Source: the human T2T-CHM13v2.0 reference genome, Homo sapiens
Assembly: GCF_009914755.1 (NCBI RefSeq)
Contig: NC_060926.1
DNA: 64,000 nt
Reading direction: 5' to 3' (one strand)
Made by a program: the position numbers and the translations under genes
The notes under the pieces: model-generated
Database searches by the model: none
Told to the model about the DNA's origin: nothing
Seen by the model: the letters and a program-made list of their open reading frames with translations, nothing else
Shown: piece after piece, positions 15,683 to 32,551 of the stretch
Layout: every line of letters starts with the position of its first letter
Numbering within the stretch: the stretch's first letter is position 1

Positions 15683-18042
15683 CTATTAAAATAGGATTGA
15701 TAGTTATGGAGAGAGAAATCAGGTTAGTAATTGAGTGGCAAGAAATTTGCAAAGGGAGAAAATAACACAGATTAGGATGAGAATAAGCACATAGAAAAGA
15801 ACAAACCTAAGCACTTTCCCCCACGCCCAATTAAACCAGTCTCACATTTCAGGGAATAGGCCAGTCCAATTAAGCAGTGGTATATCATTCTAGAAGACGG
15901 CGTTGCAGATGGGTTGTCAAAGCTATGCCTCTATATGTGATGTGGGCAGTCTTTAATAAGAGGCGTTTCTGTGGAAACAGAAGAACAAAGGTTAATGTCT
16001 GGAGTAGTCTTATAAGCTAGTTTTTCTAGAGTTTGGAGGGCAGTCCATTGCAAAGATTAGTGGCAATCTGACAGATTTTTCTGGTTTGCAGTTTGCATGT
16101 ACAACATTTGTCCAAATACAAGTTGTTGTGGTGATTTTTCTTCAAAGCCAAGCTGACTAGCTTCAGCTTGTAGGCCATTAGGGAAAAGACGGTTTTAATT
16201 TCTAGTGATTCCAAGTCAGAAGGATGGGAGAACAATTGGAAACATTAGTCTGGAGAGCTGCAGCCAGATATTGGAGAAAACTGAAATTCTGGATTCGGCC
16301 CGGATAACAACAGCAACAACAACAAACCCCTCAAAAACAAACGGACAGGGCTAGAATCTAACGCACTATAGTTTTCTTCTGAAAGATAAGCTTTCTCTCG
16401 CCATTTTCTCATTTTTACCAGAGATATTTATAGCAAGACTAATTTACCTGTAAAATAAGTTTAGTTTCATTAACTTGGCCTGGTTATTTGCATAAAATGC
16501 AATAACGATAGTGACTCATCATACAGACTCTTGTTAAGTTGGCTTTGCTGAAACTTCATAAAGAAATGTCAAATTAGTCGTTTAAAAGCCACTTGAGGCT
16601 TAGGAGTTAAGCCAAAGACTGTAAGACCAATACAAATTGAGTGAATTTCTCTCTTCCTGAGGTCCCCCAAATAACTTGAGGTTCCTGGGCCTGTCAGAAA
16701 GTGACATTCTTTACTTACTTCAAGGTTAGGAACCTTATTAGAGTACTGTGTAGACAAGGTACCAGGCCAGTCTTTCCAAAGGGCTTTTTATTGGCTCCAT
16801 ACAAGTCAACCTCAGTCCCTCAAAGCAGTCTAATCATATTTCAAAATATGACATTCTAGTTAAAGCCTTGGTAAAATAACCAGTTTTTCCAATTGTGTTT
16901 TGTGGCAGATGAAAACAATCTTACTGAACTTACGCAAATGACAATATTGTCATAAAATAAGAATACTCACAAATAGTTTCCAAATTCTAGAGAGATTAGG
17001 TAGAGAGAGAGGTAAATGTTTTAAGTCTGTTATGAAAGTACACTTTACTCAATTGCTGTAAGCTATAAATAGCCTTAAATAAGAAGAAAAAAGTTTTCTT
17101 AATTCTGGAAAACAAAACATAAAAATCAGCAATATGTTAAACAAAAAAAAGTCATAAAAAATCATTTCAGTCTTCTACCAGTTCAGTCCCATCTAATTAG
17201 TTCTTGTTCTGCTTGATGTTAGGTGGGCGATTTTACGAGTCCAGCTTTTCTAGTTTTGTTTTGTTTGTTTTTTAGTGTTCTGAAGTTTTTTTGCCTAGTC
17301 CAATGGTGTGATCTCAATGTTGTCAGAAACATGTATTTGTCAGAGTTCTTTCCATCCTTTCCACAAACCTCCTTGAAGACACAACATTTAGGATTTGCAA
17401 AGAGCTTTCAGGAAAAAAAGTATCAAAATAAACAATTAACTGTGGACAACAGGACTTAAAATGGCCATACTTAAATAAATAATTGATTTTTAAAACTTGG
17501 TTATTTTCTGTGGTCTGCAACAATTTTACATAATCGCCATAATTATGAGTTGATAAGATGTCAGATTTTTAGGATTTGCATGCAATTTTTGAACACATTA
17601 ATGACATGTTCATACAAATATAACTCAAAAAAAGGCTGAGCATCATTTTTTATTTGACAGTGCTTCCCATATAATTTAACGTACCAATAGGCCTGCTTAT
17701 GAGCTCTCTTTTGGATGCTTCAGGGGCCCCTTTGAACATCTCAAAGTTAGTTTGAGGTTGAAAACACTTAATTTTAAAAATAAAGTTTGATTTGGGGAAG
17801 CCTGTGAAATATGTAAAAGCTTGAAAACACTTCATCAAAATAGGAAAGGTTTAAAAGGTTTAAAACACTTTATCACAATAGGATCACAGGTCACTGTAAA
17901 ACAATAGTCATTTAGCCAAAGTTGTAATTTATTTATAAAAGATTTTAAAAAGCAAAAATCTTTACTTTTTGATAGAGAGGAGACAAATATTCAAATAATT
18001 AAAAGATCTAATAAAGTACACAGAATCTGTTTCTGTCCTTCC

Positions 18043-18336
18043 TTTTTTTTTTTTTTTTTGAGACGGAGTCTTACTCTGTTGCCCAGACTGGAGTGCAGTG
18101 GTGCAATCTCGGCTCACTGCAACCTCTGACTCCTAGGCTCAAGCGATTCTCCTGCCTCAGCCTCCCAAGTAGCTGGGATTATAGGTGCCTGCCACTGCAC
18201 CCAACTCATTTTTGCATTTTTAGTAGAGATAGGGTTTTTGTTGGCCAGGCTGGTCTTGAACTCCTGACCTCAGGTGATCCACCTGCCTTGGCCTCCTAAA
18301 GTGCAGGGATCACAGGTGTGAGACACTGTGCCCGGC
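18043..18336 (-). mobile_element. AluS
   Basis: Reverse dimer. Confidence 0.9.
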
Positions 18337-18550
18337 TTACTATCTTTTATTAGTAGTACACAAAAATTTTGTTCAAAGAGAAAACCAAAATTTACCCATG
18401 TTTCAGTGTATTGATACTAAAGCTAAATTTAATACAACTTTATAAGCTCATCTTTATGAACTTTATAAGTTCATCTATTCTTAATTAGCTTTGACCACAC
18501 AAGATTTCCATAAGCCTTTTATAACCTAACCTGGTACGAAATTTTTTCTA

Positions 18551-18935
<385 letters not shown>

Positions 18936-19299
18936 GAAACAACTTTTAACTGCAAAACTAGACAAAAGTATTTTTTAAAAACAAAAACACATGTCCTTAT
19001 GCCTTTTTATAACTCTTTTCTCACCAAAAACATCTTGGGTTTTTTGTATACTTACTATACAGGATTGTTTTCCCTTATTTCTAGTAGTTTCAATTTCATA
19101 TACTTAAACCAATATTATTTTTATTCACCAAAGATTACTAAAAAGTCATATGAACTTGAAAAGCACTTTGGTTTTATTTACTTAATTTATGAGCATTCAT
19201 TTACTTACAAGTCAATTTGGTACCATGTAGACAATATAGAAACACAGATACATACACATGTATACATAAAAACACAAACGTAAAGCCTTTATAGTTTGA

Positions 19300-19679
<380 letters not shown>

Positions 19680-19879
19680 TAGTTTAAAAGGATAGTTGGA
19701 TTCAAACTATGTCTTGTAAATAGAACAAATTAAAGCTTATCTGTCCCACATAAAGGGAGGCTTTATTGAGTTTTAGAGGAAACAGGATAGCAAATTTACA
19801 TCTCAAAGCCCAGAGAGAGAATTTAAGCTTTTTCAAGGAGTTTGGATGTGTTAGAGGAAGATTAAAAATGGATGCCAAT

Positions 19880-20150
19880 GCCAGGCTGAACACTTGGGGA
19901 GACCGAGGTGGGCGGATCACTTGAAGCCAGGAGTTCAGGACCAGCCCGGGCAACATGGTGAAACCCCGTCTCTACAAAAAATACAAAAAATTAGCAGGGC
20001 ATGGTTGCGTGTGCCTGTGGTCCCAGCTACTGGAGAGGCTGAGGTGAGAGGATGGCTTGAACCTGGGAGGCGGAGGTTGCAGCACACTGCACTTTAGCCT
20101 GCATGACAGAGCGAGACCCCGTCTCAAAAATAAAATACAATAAAATAAAA
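19880..20150 (+). mobile_element. Alu with deletions
   Basis: Dimer; flanking gatgccaa repeat. Confidence 0.85.
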
Positions 20151-20598
20151 GATGCCAAAGGTAACACAAAATCACAGGAATTTGCCATAGGATTTAATAA
20201 GGATACCAATTTTAGTTAGATAGGTAGCTTCCTATTGTCTTTTTCAGCTGGATGACTGAGCTCAGGGTGGAGGCCGCTGAGGAGCGAAACCAAGCATTTG
20301 CAGCCTCTGGGGCCCAACACTCACACATGGAAAAGGCAGGTGCAGCTTGCCTTTTTCTCCTTTGTAAAACGGGTGTAACTGAAGTATAACAGACCCTTCC
20401 TGGGCAGCTCAGATCTGGCCTTGCCAGATAATGACACATTAAAAAACAAAACAAAAAGATATAAATCTGACTGTGAAAGGATTAAAGTATAATATATTGT
20501 ATTTCTTTGAAATTGGGACACATTTTGAACTGATGGGCGCTTGTAATTGGTGATTCTCTTCCTTCATACCTTTCTTCCTTCCTAAAATATGATGTGTC

Positions 20599-20896
20599 TT
20601 TTTTTTTTTTTTTAAAGAGATGAGTTTTCCAGGCTGGGGTGCGTGTTTATTCATAGGCATCATCCCACTACTGATTAGCATGGGAATTTTTACCTGCTCT
20701 GTTTCCAACCTGGGTTCACCTCTCCTTAGACACCCTGGTGGTCCTCTGCTCCTGAGAGGTGACCACATTGATGCCAGACTTAATGCAGACATCCAATCAG
20801 CATAGCACACTATATCCCAGAACTCCTGGGCTTTGTGAGATCATCCTCTCTCGGCCTCCCGAGTAATGGCACTACAGGTATGTACTACCATGCCCA
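20599..20896 (-). pseudogene. RN7SL-P: 7SL (SRP RNA) processed pseudogene, near full length
   Basis: Contains the 7SL S-domain, which Alu lacks (cccactactgattagcatggga...acctgctctgtttccaacctggg...ctccttag...cctggtggtc...attgatgcc); poly(A) tail; TSD aaa(t)atgatgt(g/a)tct. Confidence 0.92.
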
Positions 20897-21399
20897 AAAA
20901 TGATGTATCTTGCCATCGATTCTATCTTACAGTCATTCACATCTTGGATTAGATAAAATATGGCAGATTCAATGCTGAGATTTTCCTGGAGATATGGAAG
21001 AAAGAGTAAGTGATACTTCACGTACCAGAACTTTGAAAAATCCTCTCCAAATGTCCCACTATTTCCACACAAATCCGCCTCCCCTCTGTTGTGGCCATGA
21101 CACCTTCCCCTCCTCTTGAGCCTGCCAGCCCTTGCCAGGTTCCTCCCAGCTCCTCATCTTTGCCTTCACTTTCTCCTTACTCTCCTCTTCCACCCCTTAA
21201 TCTGCCCCCCTCCCGCAGCCCTTCCGGGCCTTCATCTCTTTATTCTAATTTAGGCTTCTCTCTCTCCCTTCACTTTTCCACGTCCTGTCCCCAGCAGCAC
21301 CCCATCAAGTAAAATAAAGAACCCTCCAAGGAATCTACCTTCTTAGAAATTGAAGAGCAGGGAGACAATTATACGTACTTAACATTTAATATTTTTTGT

Positions 21400-21520
21400 G
21401 TTTCATGGATAATAATATCTACCTCATGAGGCTTTCGGGAGGATTAAAAGAGAGAGGGAATGTACACTTGGCAAGTGGCTGGCACATGTTAAGAATTCCC
21501 CAAATGTTTGCTGACATTAT
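21400..21520 (+). mobile_element. MIR fragment
   Basis: ggataataatatctacctcatgaggctttcgggaggattaaa...tggcacatg matches the MIR 3' part. Confidence 0.6.
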
Positions 21521-21845
21521 TTACTATTGTTCTGTAAATGATTGTACAATCAACACTGTAACAACACAGGGAAGAGGAAAGAAGAAAAAGACCAAAGGAA
21601 TAAGAATCACCTAGAGAATCAACACCATATATTTTTCTAGTAGTAATCGTAAACATGCCACAGTGAATTTGATTTTTGTGCTTTTCCAGTGACAGAGCAT
21701 TCTTATGAATCATAGCTCATAAATGAAAATATCAAAGGGTGGAAAGAAAGTCGTGTATTTTTAATGTATTTTAACATGTAGCATTTTGTGATGTTTTTAG
21801 ATCGTGACAAAGAGGAAATTACTGTCATCTTCGTCCTTTATCTAG

Positions 21846-22487
<642 letters not shown>

Positions 22488-22740
22488 TAGAAGACCATGC
22501 TGCAGAAACTTCAAAATACAAAAGAATGCTGCTATCTACTATCTGGTGAAGTATTTTAAGAGGACTGCAAAAAACTAGGGTAATAGTTTTTAAAATGCTT
22601 CCTTGTTTCTAGTAATGGAATGTAAGAGGGAAACTTTGTGGAGTTTAAGTCATAACTTGTGGTCTTGATTGTCAATTCACATCATGTGATTGGAAATTGA
22701 AGATACTGCCCCAAAGGCTGAGACTGGGAAACAGACCCTA

Positions 22741-23107
22741 TGCTGTGGACTGAATTATACCCCCCCCCACCCCAAATTCACATGTTGAAGCTCTAACCCC
22801 CAATACGGTAGTATTTTCTTTTGGAGATAGAGTTAGATGAGCTCATGAGGGTGGGGCCTTCATAATGAGATTGGGGTCTTTATAAGAAGAGGCACCAGAG
22901 AGTTTGCTCTCCTACCACAAAGAGGTCATGTGAGCCCACAGCAAGATGATGTCTGCCTGTGAGCCAAGAGAAGAGGCTTCAGAATGAAACCTACTTGCTG
23001 GCACCTTGATCTTAGACTTCCAGCCTCCAGAACTATGAGAAGTAAATTCCTGTTTAAACACTCAGCCTATAGTATTTTGTTACAACAGCCCAAATTGACT
23101 AATTACA
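22741..23107 (+). mobile_element. MLT1A-like MaLR LTR
   Basis: tgctgtggactgaatt...ccccaaattcacatgttgaagctctaacccccaat...gacttccagcctccagaactatgaga...aattaca. Confidence 0.8.
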
Positions 23108-23223
23108 GTCTGGTGGCCCCCAGTATCAAAGTCAGCAACAAAGTTAACATAGAGCTTTCTTAGGCCAGCTTTTCCACACAGAGGGCAATCTCCTAAAAGT
23201 AGTGTGAACACTGGGACAATGTG

Positions 23224-23347
23224 ATCCTTCTGTAGTTCATAAGCATCATGCCTGGGTTTTCGCGTTCCCATGTGAGCTGTGCCTCCCTCAAACCTTGTTA
23301 TGGCATCGGCACATTATCCATCTGATGTGAAAAAGAAAAAAAAAAAA
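23224..23347 (+). pseudogene. SNORD13P: U13 (SNORD13) snoRNA retropseudogene
   Basis: atccttctgtagttcataagc...tgtgagctgtgcctccctcaaaccttgttatggcatcggcacattatccatctga is collinear with U13; followed by poly(A); box C mutated (catcatgcc), box D ctga retained. Confidence 0.88.
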
Positions 23348-23664
23348 GGAAGAAAATATAATTAAAAGGAGAATCAATGTGAGAGGGAAGGACATAAGCA
23401 TAATACTGTAAAACCAATGGAAGGCTTGATGAAACTTAAAACTAGGAAGTTCTATTTTAAGAAATTGCAACATGCAGTTTAACTGTTTCTGGATTTCTTT
23501 GCCGGCTGAAAAGTGGGGATGATGAATTGACACCCACTGCAGGGGCATTTTGTTGCCTCAGCAAGTTTCATGCAGCTGCTTCAGTACTGACTACTGCGGT
23601 AGCTGCTGACAGCGTCTCCCGAGGGTCCCCAGCTAAGAGCCCTTAGACTACATGAGTGGACTAG

Positions 23665-24093
<429 letters not shown>

Positions 24094-24471
24094 TAAAGGC
24101 AGTTTCCCAGGGAGCTACGTGACACTAAAAAAAAAAAAAATTCTTCTTCTCTTCCTCCATTTTGCCATATATTTGTATTGTTCTTTCACGTGTAGTGGGA
24201 GAACATTTTACTTCTTACTAAGAGAAATGTCTTACGTTGAGGGGAAATGGTTCTTAGTTTAGAAAATTACCTTGCTGGCCCCTAGGGTTGCTGATGGTGA
24301 GACTCAGCTTCGGGGCAGAATGGGCTGCACAAAGAGGATATTTGGATGTGAGACCTTTGGGAGATAATTTTGAATTGTCCTGCCCAGTAAGGTAGGATGA
24401 ATATTGAATTCCTGGAGATGGTTCTGGAAAGAGGGTCAGGGAAGAGAAGGGAGGGACTGTGGAAAGGTTTG

Positions 24472-24735
24472 CAGGGGTGTCCAATCTTTTGGCTTCTCTG
24501 GGCCACATTAGAAGAAGAATTGCCTTGGGCCACATATAAAATACACTAACACTAATGATGCTGATGAACTTAAAAAGAAACTCAAAAAAAAAAAAACCAC
24601 ATAATGTTTTAAGAAATTTTATGAACATTTTCACTGCTGTTCGGTTCTTGAAGGAAAAAAAAAAAAAAAGAAAGTTTACGAATTTGTGTTGGGCCACATT
24701 CAAAGCCATCCTGGGCCACGGGTTTGACAAGCTTG
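24472..24735 (+). mobile_element. MER30 hAT DNA transposon with a small retroposed insert
   Basis: caggggtgtccaatcttttggcttc...gggccacattcaaagccatcctgggccac...ttgacaagcttg. Confidence 0.85.
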
Positions 24736-25888
24736 GTTTAGAGGAAGGAAAGTGGAGGGGCTGACTTAATGTGCAGGTAGCCCAGTGTGAGGCCTGAGAA
24801 GGGAGAGCCAGCAAAACATCCAAAATGGCAGGGATGCTTCTGGATTCTAGCAGTCAATGTGAAAATGGTGGCTGTGCAGTGTTGGGAGGAACGTCTCTCC
24901 AAAGCTGTATAGAGATCTGCTGCACACAGCTGCTTTGGGCAAGTTACGGCTCCAAGAAATCAAGAGGGATCTAGGGTCCAGTGGTAGGACCAAGAGAAGG
25001 GAACAGCCACAGTGCAAAGCACAGGAATTCAGTGGGAATAGGAAATGGGAATGGAAGCTGGCCACCAGAACAAAACCCCAGGAATGCATAGCTTGAGCTA
25101 TTTAGATGCAAAGGTTAACAGAAAGGGCAACTTGCTGAGGCTGAGGATTTCCCAGCTGTCAGATCTGAGTCACGTTAAGGAGTAAGGGTGCGGTTGTACT
25201 CTTGGGCACTGGAAGAGATCAAGTCCCATCCAAGTAGGGGACGGGGGTGGGGGGTTGGGGGGGCAGTAGGGGGATCCAGAAGAGGGAGGACATGCCCACA
25301 GCTATCCTCGACAGTCCTGCCCATCCTCTGGTGGAAAAGTCAAACCCCAGATTTCAAAATGGCTTCAGAGCAAATTCTGATCTGCTTCATGGTCTAACTT
25401 TAGAGATGTCTGAGGGTGTGAGTGGGCAGCTGGATGGATGAGATGGTTTTTTTATACTTTTAAAATTTCTTCTGTTTATTCCCATTCTTTCATATTTAGC
25501 AAAGTCATTTTGAAAGCCTGCTACAACTGTGTTAAGGATGTCAAATATAATTTTCAAATAGTGAAGAATATAACATAAGTGAGCCCTTGTCAAAGATGTG
25601 TTTAGCTCACTGATTAGGACAGCAGCAAGATGGCAACACCAGTTCAAAGGTTATATGTAGTTGGTGAAAAGAAGAATGCAGAAAGACGGCAGAGTCAGAT
25701 ACAAAAAAGGTCCTGACAGAGCAATAACTGTAACCTTTGGGCTTATCTTTTCTACCAGAGAGAAATCATTTACCTCTCCACCAGAAAAAAAAAAAAAAAA
25801 AAAACTTTGCAAAATGTATTAATATTTTATAGATTAAATCTAGCTTTTCAGAACCTAGCCTGATCAACTGTAAATAGTAAGTCAAGAT

Positions 25889-26048
25889 GCCAGGCACAGT
25901 GGCTCACGCCTGTAATCCCAACACTTTGGGAGGCCAAGGTGGGAGGATCACTTGAGCCCAGGGGTCCAAGGCTGCAGTGAGCTATGATTTTGCCACTGCA
26001 CTTCAGCTTGGATAACAAAGCAAGACCTTGTCTCTATTTAAAAAAATA
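25889..26048 (+). mobile_element. Alu monomer (FRAM-like or left/right recombinant AluJ)
   Basis: Left-arm 5' end joined to right-arm 3' end; tagtaagtcaa / aagtaggtcaa flanks. Confidence 0.8.
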
Positions 26049-26624
26049 ATAAGTAGGTCAAATGAAGTTATATCCCTTAGAAAATCAGATGAGTGTTACG
26101 AAGGTTGTTACACAATAGTCAGTCATGTGGCTTTGAGAGGGCATGCGGCAATCTTTGTGCTGAATTTCCAATTTTTGGATGATTTTTCTTAAGGGTAAGC
26201 AGGGGACTAGATTATTGTCCTCACTTAACTCACAGAGCTAAAGGGGAGCAACAGAGTCTTGGAGCCACCATGATAGGGTAGAAGTAATAAAGGGAAAGAG
26301 GGATAGTTGAAACTCAAGAAATAAAAAGAAGACTGCCTTCGCATCCCTCCCCTCCTGGGGAGTCTTCTTTTACTTCTAAAACCAGATTTTTCTGCTACTG
26401 ATCTAATAAAGGGACTGCTGGTCTCTTATATCCATCAATACCTTCTTGGGGACCCTTGGCTTCTTGGGGACCTTGGGGACTTCTTGGCTACCACTTGGGG
26501 ACCCTTGAGTTTGCACTGGAGTCAAAACATTATAGGGAACCCAGGCACTGCCCTATCCACTAGGGGTGAGAGAGTTAAATGTTAAAATCTCTTTGGGACA
26601 TTTTTGCAATATCTAGCAACATTA

Positions 26625-26999
26625 TTTTTTTAATTGTGGTAAATTTATACATAACTTAAAATTTACCATTTTAACCATTTTAAGCATATGGTTCAATAAT
26701 ATTATGCACATTGATATTGTTGTGCTATTATTACCATCATCCATCTCTAGAACTTTTTCATCTTCCCAATTTCTTCCCCCCACAACCATTGGCAGTCACT
26801 ATTCTACTTTTCGTCTGTATGAATTTAACTATTCTACTCATGTAAATGGAAATGTACAATATTTGTCCTTTTGTATCTGGCTTATTTCACTTGGTATAAT
26901 ATCTTCAGTCTGTCCATGTTGTTGCATGTGTCTGAATTTCATTTCTTTTTAAGGCTGAATATTCCCTTTTATGTATATACCACATTTTGTTTATCCATT
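26625..26999 (-). mobile_element. L1MB-type 3' end
   Basis: ttaattgtggtaaatttatacataacttaaaatttaccatttt...; resumes after the THE1 (catccactgatg). Confidence 0.8.
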
Positions 27000-27667
<668 letters not shown>

Positions 27668-27786
27668 CCACTCATCCACTGATGCCCATCAACATTTAAA
27701 ATGAACATACTCTTTTGATCCAGCAAGTCTATTTCAAGGACTTTGTCCTATGCATATACTTGCGTATATACACAAAGATGGTATTT

Positions 27787-28357
27787 GTAGAAGACCCTCT
27801 TGGTTGCTACCCAATAGAAATTTCATCCTTTCTTCTTGCCAAGGACCTTGAGTTTCTTCAGGTATCAGGATGTTCGGTGATCAGGAAAAGCATGTTCTTC
27901 CATAGCTCCAGGGATTAATCTTAACTGGTATAAGCCAATAAGAGTAATTATTTCCCTCTTTAACAGTGATTGGTTTATGGATGGGTATGTTCTAGCTAAT
28001 GATTTGTGAAGGGAAGTCTGTGGCAGGGCTTCTGGGAAAAGTTTTCCTCCCTGAGAAAAAGAGATGTGCGAGGAGGAATTGATTTCTTGTCTTTGAACGG
28101 AACTGAATCATGATGGGATGACTGGGACAGTACATGCTATCTTACTTCCAAACCCAGGGCAAAAAATCAAACACTCTGAAGATGGCACGAGAAATATGGA
28201 AAACACTTGGTCCCTTAATGACATTGTTGGACCACTAAATTAACTCATCCTGGGACCACCTAGCTGTAGATCTCTTGTTATGTAAGATAATAAATCCTTA
28301 TGGTTTACTTATAGTTGGGTGTTCTGTTATTTTCATTCTAAAACACTAATTGATACA
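27787..28357 (+). mobile_element. Old MaLR LTR (MLT1J/K/L-like)
   Basis: gggcttctgggaaaagttttcctccctga...aatgacattgttggacc...cttgttatgtaagataataaatcc...ctaattgataca. Confidence 0.65.
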
Positions 28358-29090
<733 letters not shown>

Positions 29091-29548
29091 GTTCAAAACC
29101 ACTACCACCATAGCAAAAACATTAATATCAGTTCACAGTGTAAACTGCCAACTTCCAGGCGCTGTCTTTGGCAGTGAGCCAGCCACGGATCTGCTTAAAG
29201 CTGTTAGAGGCTTGGCTTCAGAAGGTAGAAGCAGGACTTTCAAAAGAGGCACATTGTAGGTGGAATCTGGTCCAAGAAAATTTATCCCCAAACATAGGGT
29301 TAATTGACCCCCCTGTTTTGTCTTTTGTAACTACCCTAAGGCTGATATTCAGCTAGGATACATTGGCATGGGCATATCATTTATAACTGGGGTCCATTCT
29401 GACTGGGCTGGTCCCCTTTCAGAGTATTTTGTGCCCATGAGGGACCAGCTGTTAAATATCTTGAATATCATGTCTAACCTGTTCCACTCAGTATGCCTAC
29501 CTCTTCTTGTGCCTTCAACCATCTGAATATGTCCTTAACTCTTGGTTA

Positions 29549-29970
<422 letters not shown>

Positions 29971-30243
29971 TTAGTAGTGGGCAGTTTTGGGGTTAATTAG
30001 GTGGCTCAATAGTGTCGTTGGAGACCAGAAGCCTTCTCACTTTTTTTTCTGCCATCTTGGCATGTTGACAAATCTCCTTGGCGGTCATCAGATGGCTGCT
30101 GTAGCACTGAGTATTGTCTTCACATGACAACACCTTAACAAGATGGTTAAGGAGGAGGATATAGTGGACCTTTTCCTCTTGTGATTCTTTCTCTTTCTTA
30201 TTTTTAACGAATGAGTAAAATCTTCCCTAACAGCCATGAGTAG

Positions 30244-30580
<337 letters not shown>

Positions 30581-30838
30581 CCACTTGTGTTTTACTAGCC
30601 AGAACTAAGTCATGTGACTACCCTTAGACCAACCAATTACTGACAATGAGGATGAGCTTTGGACTAATTATGATTAATCTTTTTCAGTTGTGCATACTGA
30701 CCCTGAATCAAATCAGGTTTCTGCCTACAAGAAGGAAGAAGAAATGGCAGCTAGGTAAGTAATCAGCTATGACTGGCACTCATACCTCTTTAGTTTATGT
30801 TCTCTTTAACTTGGAATTCCATCAATAGTCTGTTGCTT

Positions 30839-31097
30839 GGCTGGGTACGGTGGCTCACGCCTGTAATCCCAGCACTTTGGGAGGCCGAGGCAGGTGGATA
30901 GCTTGAGCCTGGGAGCTTGAGACCAGCCTGGCCAACATGGCGAAACCCTGTCTCTACAAAAATTAGCCAGGTGTGGTAGCTTGTGTCTGTAGTCCCAGCT
31001 ACTCTGGAGGCAGAGTTTGCAGCAATTAGAGATGGTGCCATTGCACTCCAGCCTATGTGACAGAGTGAGACCTTGTCTTTAAAAAAAAAAAAAAAAA
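30839..31097 (+). mobile_element. Alu with internal deletions
   Basis: TSD tagtctgttgctt. Confidence 0.88.
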
Positions 31098-31310
31098 GAG
31101 TAGTCTGTTGCTTCTTTCTTTCCATTTTGAAATAATGTTCATGTTTCTTATTATAAAAGTAATGTATGCTCATTGCTAATTAAAGGGAATATAGAATACA
31201 CAGAGAAAATAAATCAACACGTATGTGTGTGTATGTGTGTGTGTGTGTGAGTGTGTGTATGTATTAGTCAGGGTTCGCCAAAGAAACAGAAACTATATGA
31301 TATATATGTT

Positions 31311-31609
<299 letters not shown>

Positions 31610-31722
31610 CTGAACCAATATGATATATATGGATATATAGTAAGATATATATTGTGACGGATTGGTTCGCATGATTGTGGAGGCTGAGAAGTCCCATAAT
31701 CTGCCATATGTAAGCTGTAGAT

Positions 31723-32551
31723 TGTGACATTGTGGTAAAATAAGAAATACATATTTGTTCTCTCTGCCTGGTTCCTGGCACAGAGCCCCCAATCCCTTGG
31801 AATTCCTGGGTGATAGGAGGATCTTTTGTTCTAATGAGGTGACTCTTGGTAGGCTTCTGGATGGGAGTTGGTCACCAGAAAGACCAAGCCATGATTAGAA
31901 GCTTGGAACTTTCAGCTTCAACCCCCATCCTCTGGGAAGGAGAGAAGGACTGGAGACTGAGTCGATAATCAATCATGCCTATGTGATAAAGCTGCCATAA
32001 AAATCCCTGAGCTATGGGATTCAGAGAGCTTCCCCGTTGCTGAACACATGGAGGTACCAGAGGGTTGCGTGCTGACAAGGGCACAGAAGCTCCATGCCCC
32101 TTCCTGCATATCTCACCCTATGCATCTCTTCTCTTTGGTTGTTCTTCTGTGTTCTTTTTAAGGTCCTTTATATTAAATGGGTAAACATAAATAGTTTCCC
32201 TGAGTTTTGTAAGCCATGCTAACAAATTAATTGAACCTGAGGAGGGATTCATGGAAACTCCCAATTTATGGCCAGTTGGTCAGATATACAGTCACAACCT
32301 GGAGAACTTGTGACTGGCATCTAAAGTGGGGGCACTCTCCTGGGACTTCTTGTGGGACTGAGCCCTTAACCTGTGGTGTCTGATGCTAACTCCAGGTAGA
32401 TAATGTCAGAATTGAGTTAAATTGTATATACCCAGTTGGCACCTGATGGAGAATTGGCTGATGACACACATTTTGGTGACTAGAGGTGAAGTATTGTATT
32501 GAGTGGTGAGTGTGTGAGGGTAGGAAAAGCGATTTGGTTTTTCCTATCTCA
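31723..32551 (+). mobile_element. ERV1 solo LTR, MER21C-like
   Basis: tgtgacattgtggtaaaataagaaatacatatttg...ggtcaccagaaagaccaagccatgattaga... Confidence 0.8.

Noticed and set aside
21075-21300. Pro/Ser-rich ORF in a pyrimidine-rich tract
   Set aside because: Low-complexity composition explains the ORF.
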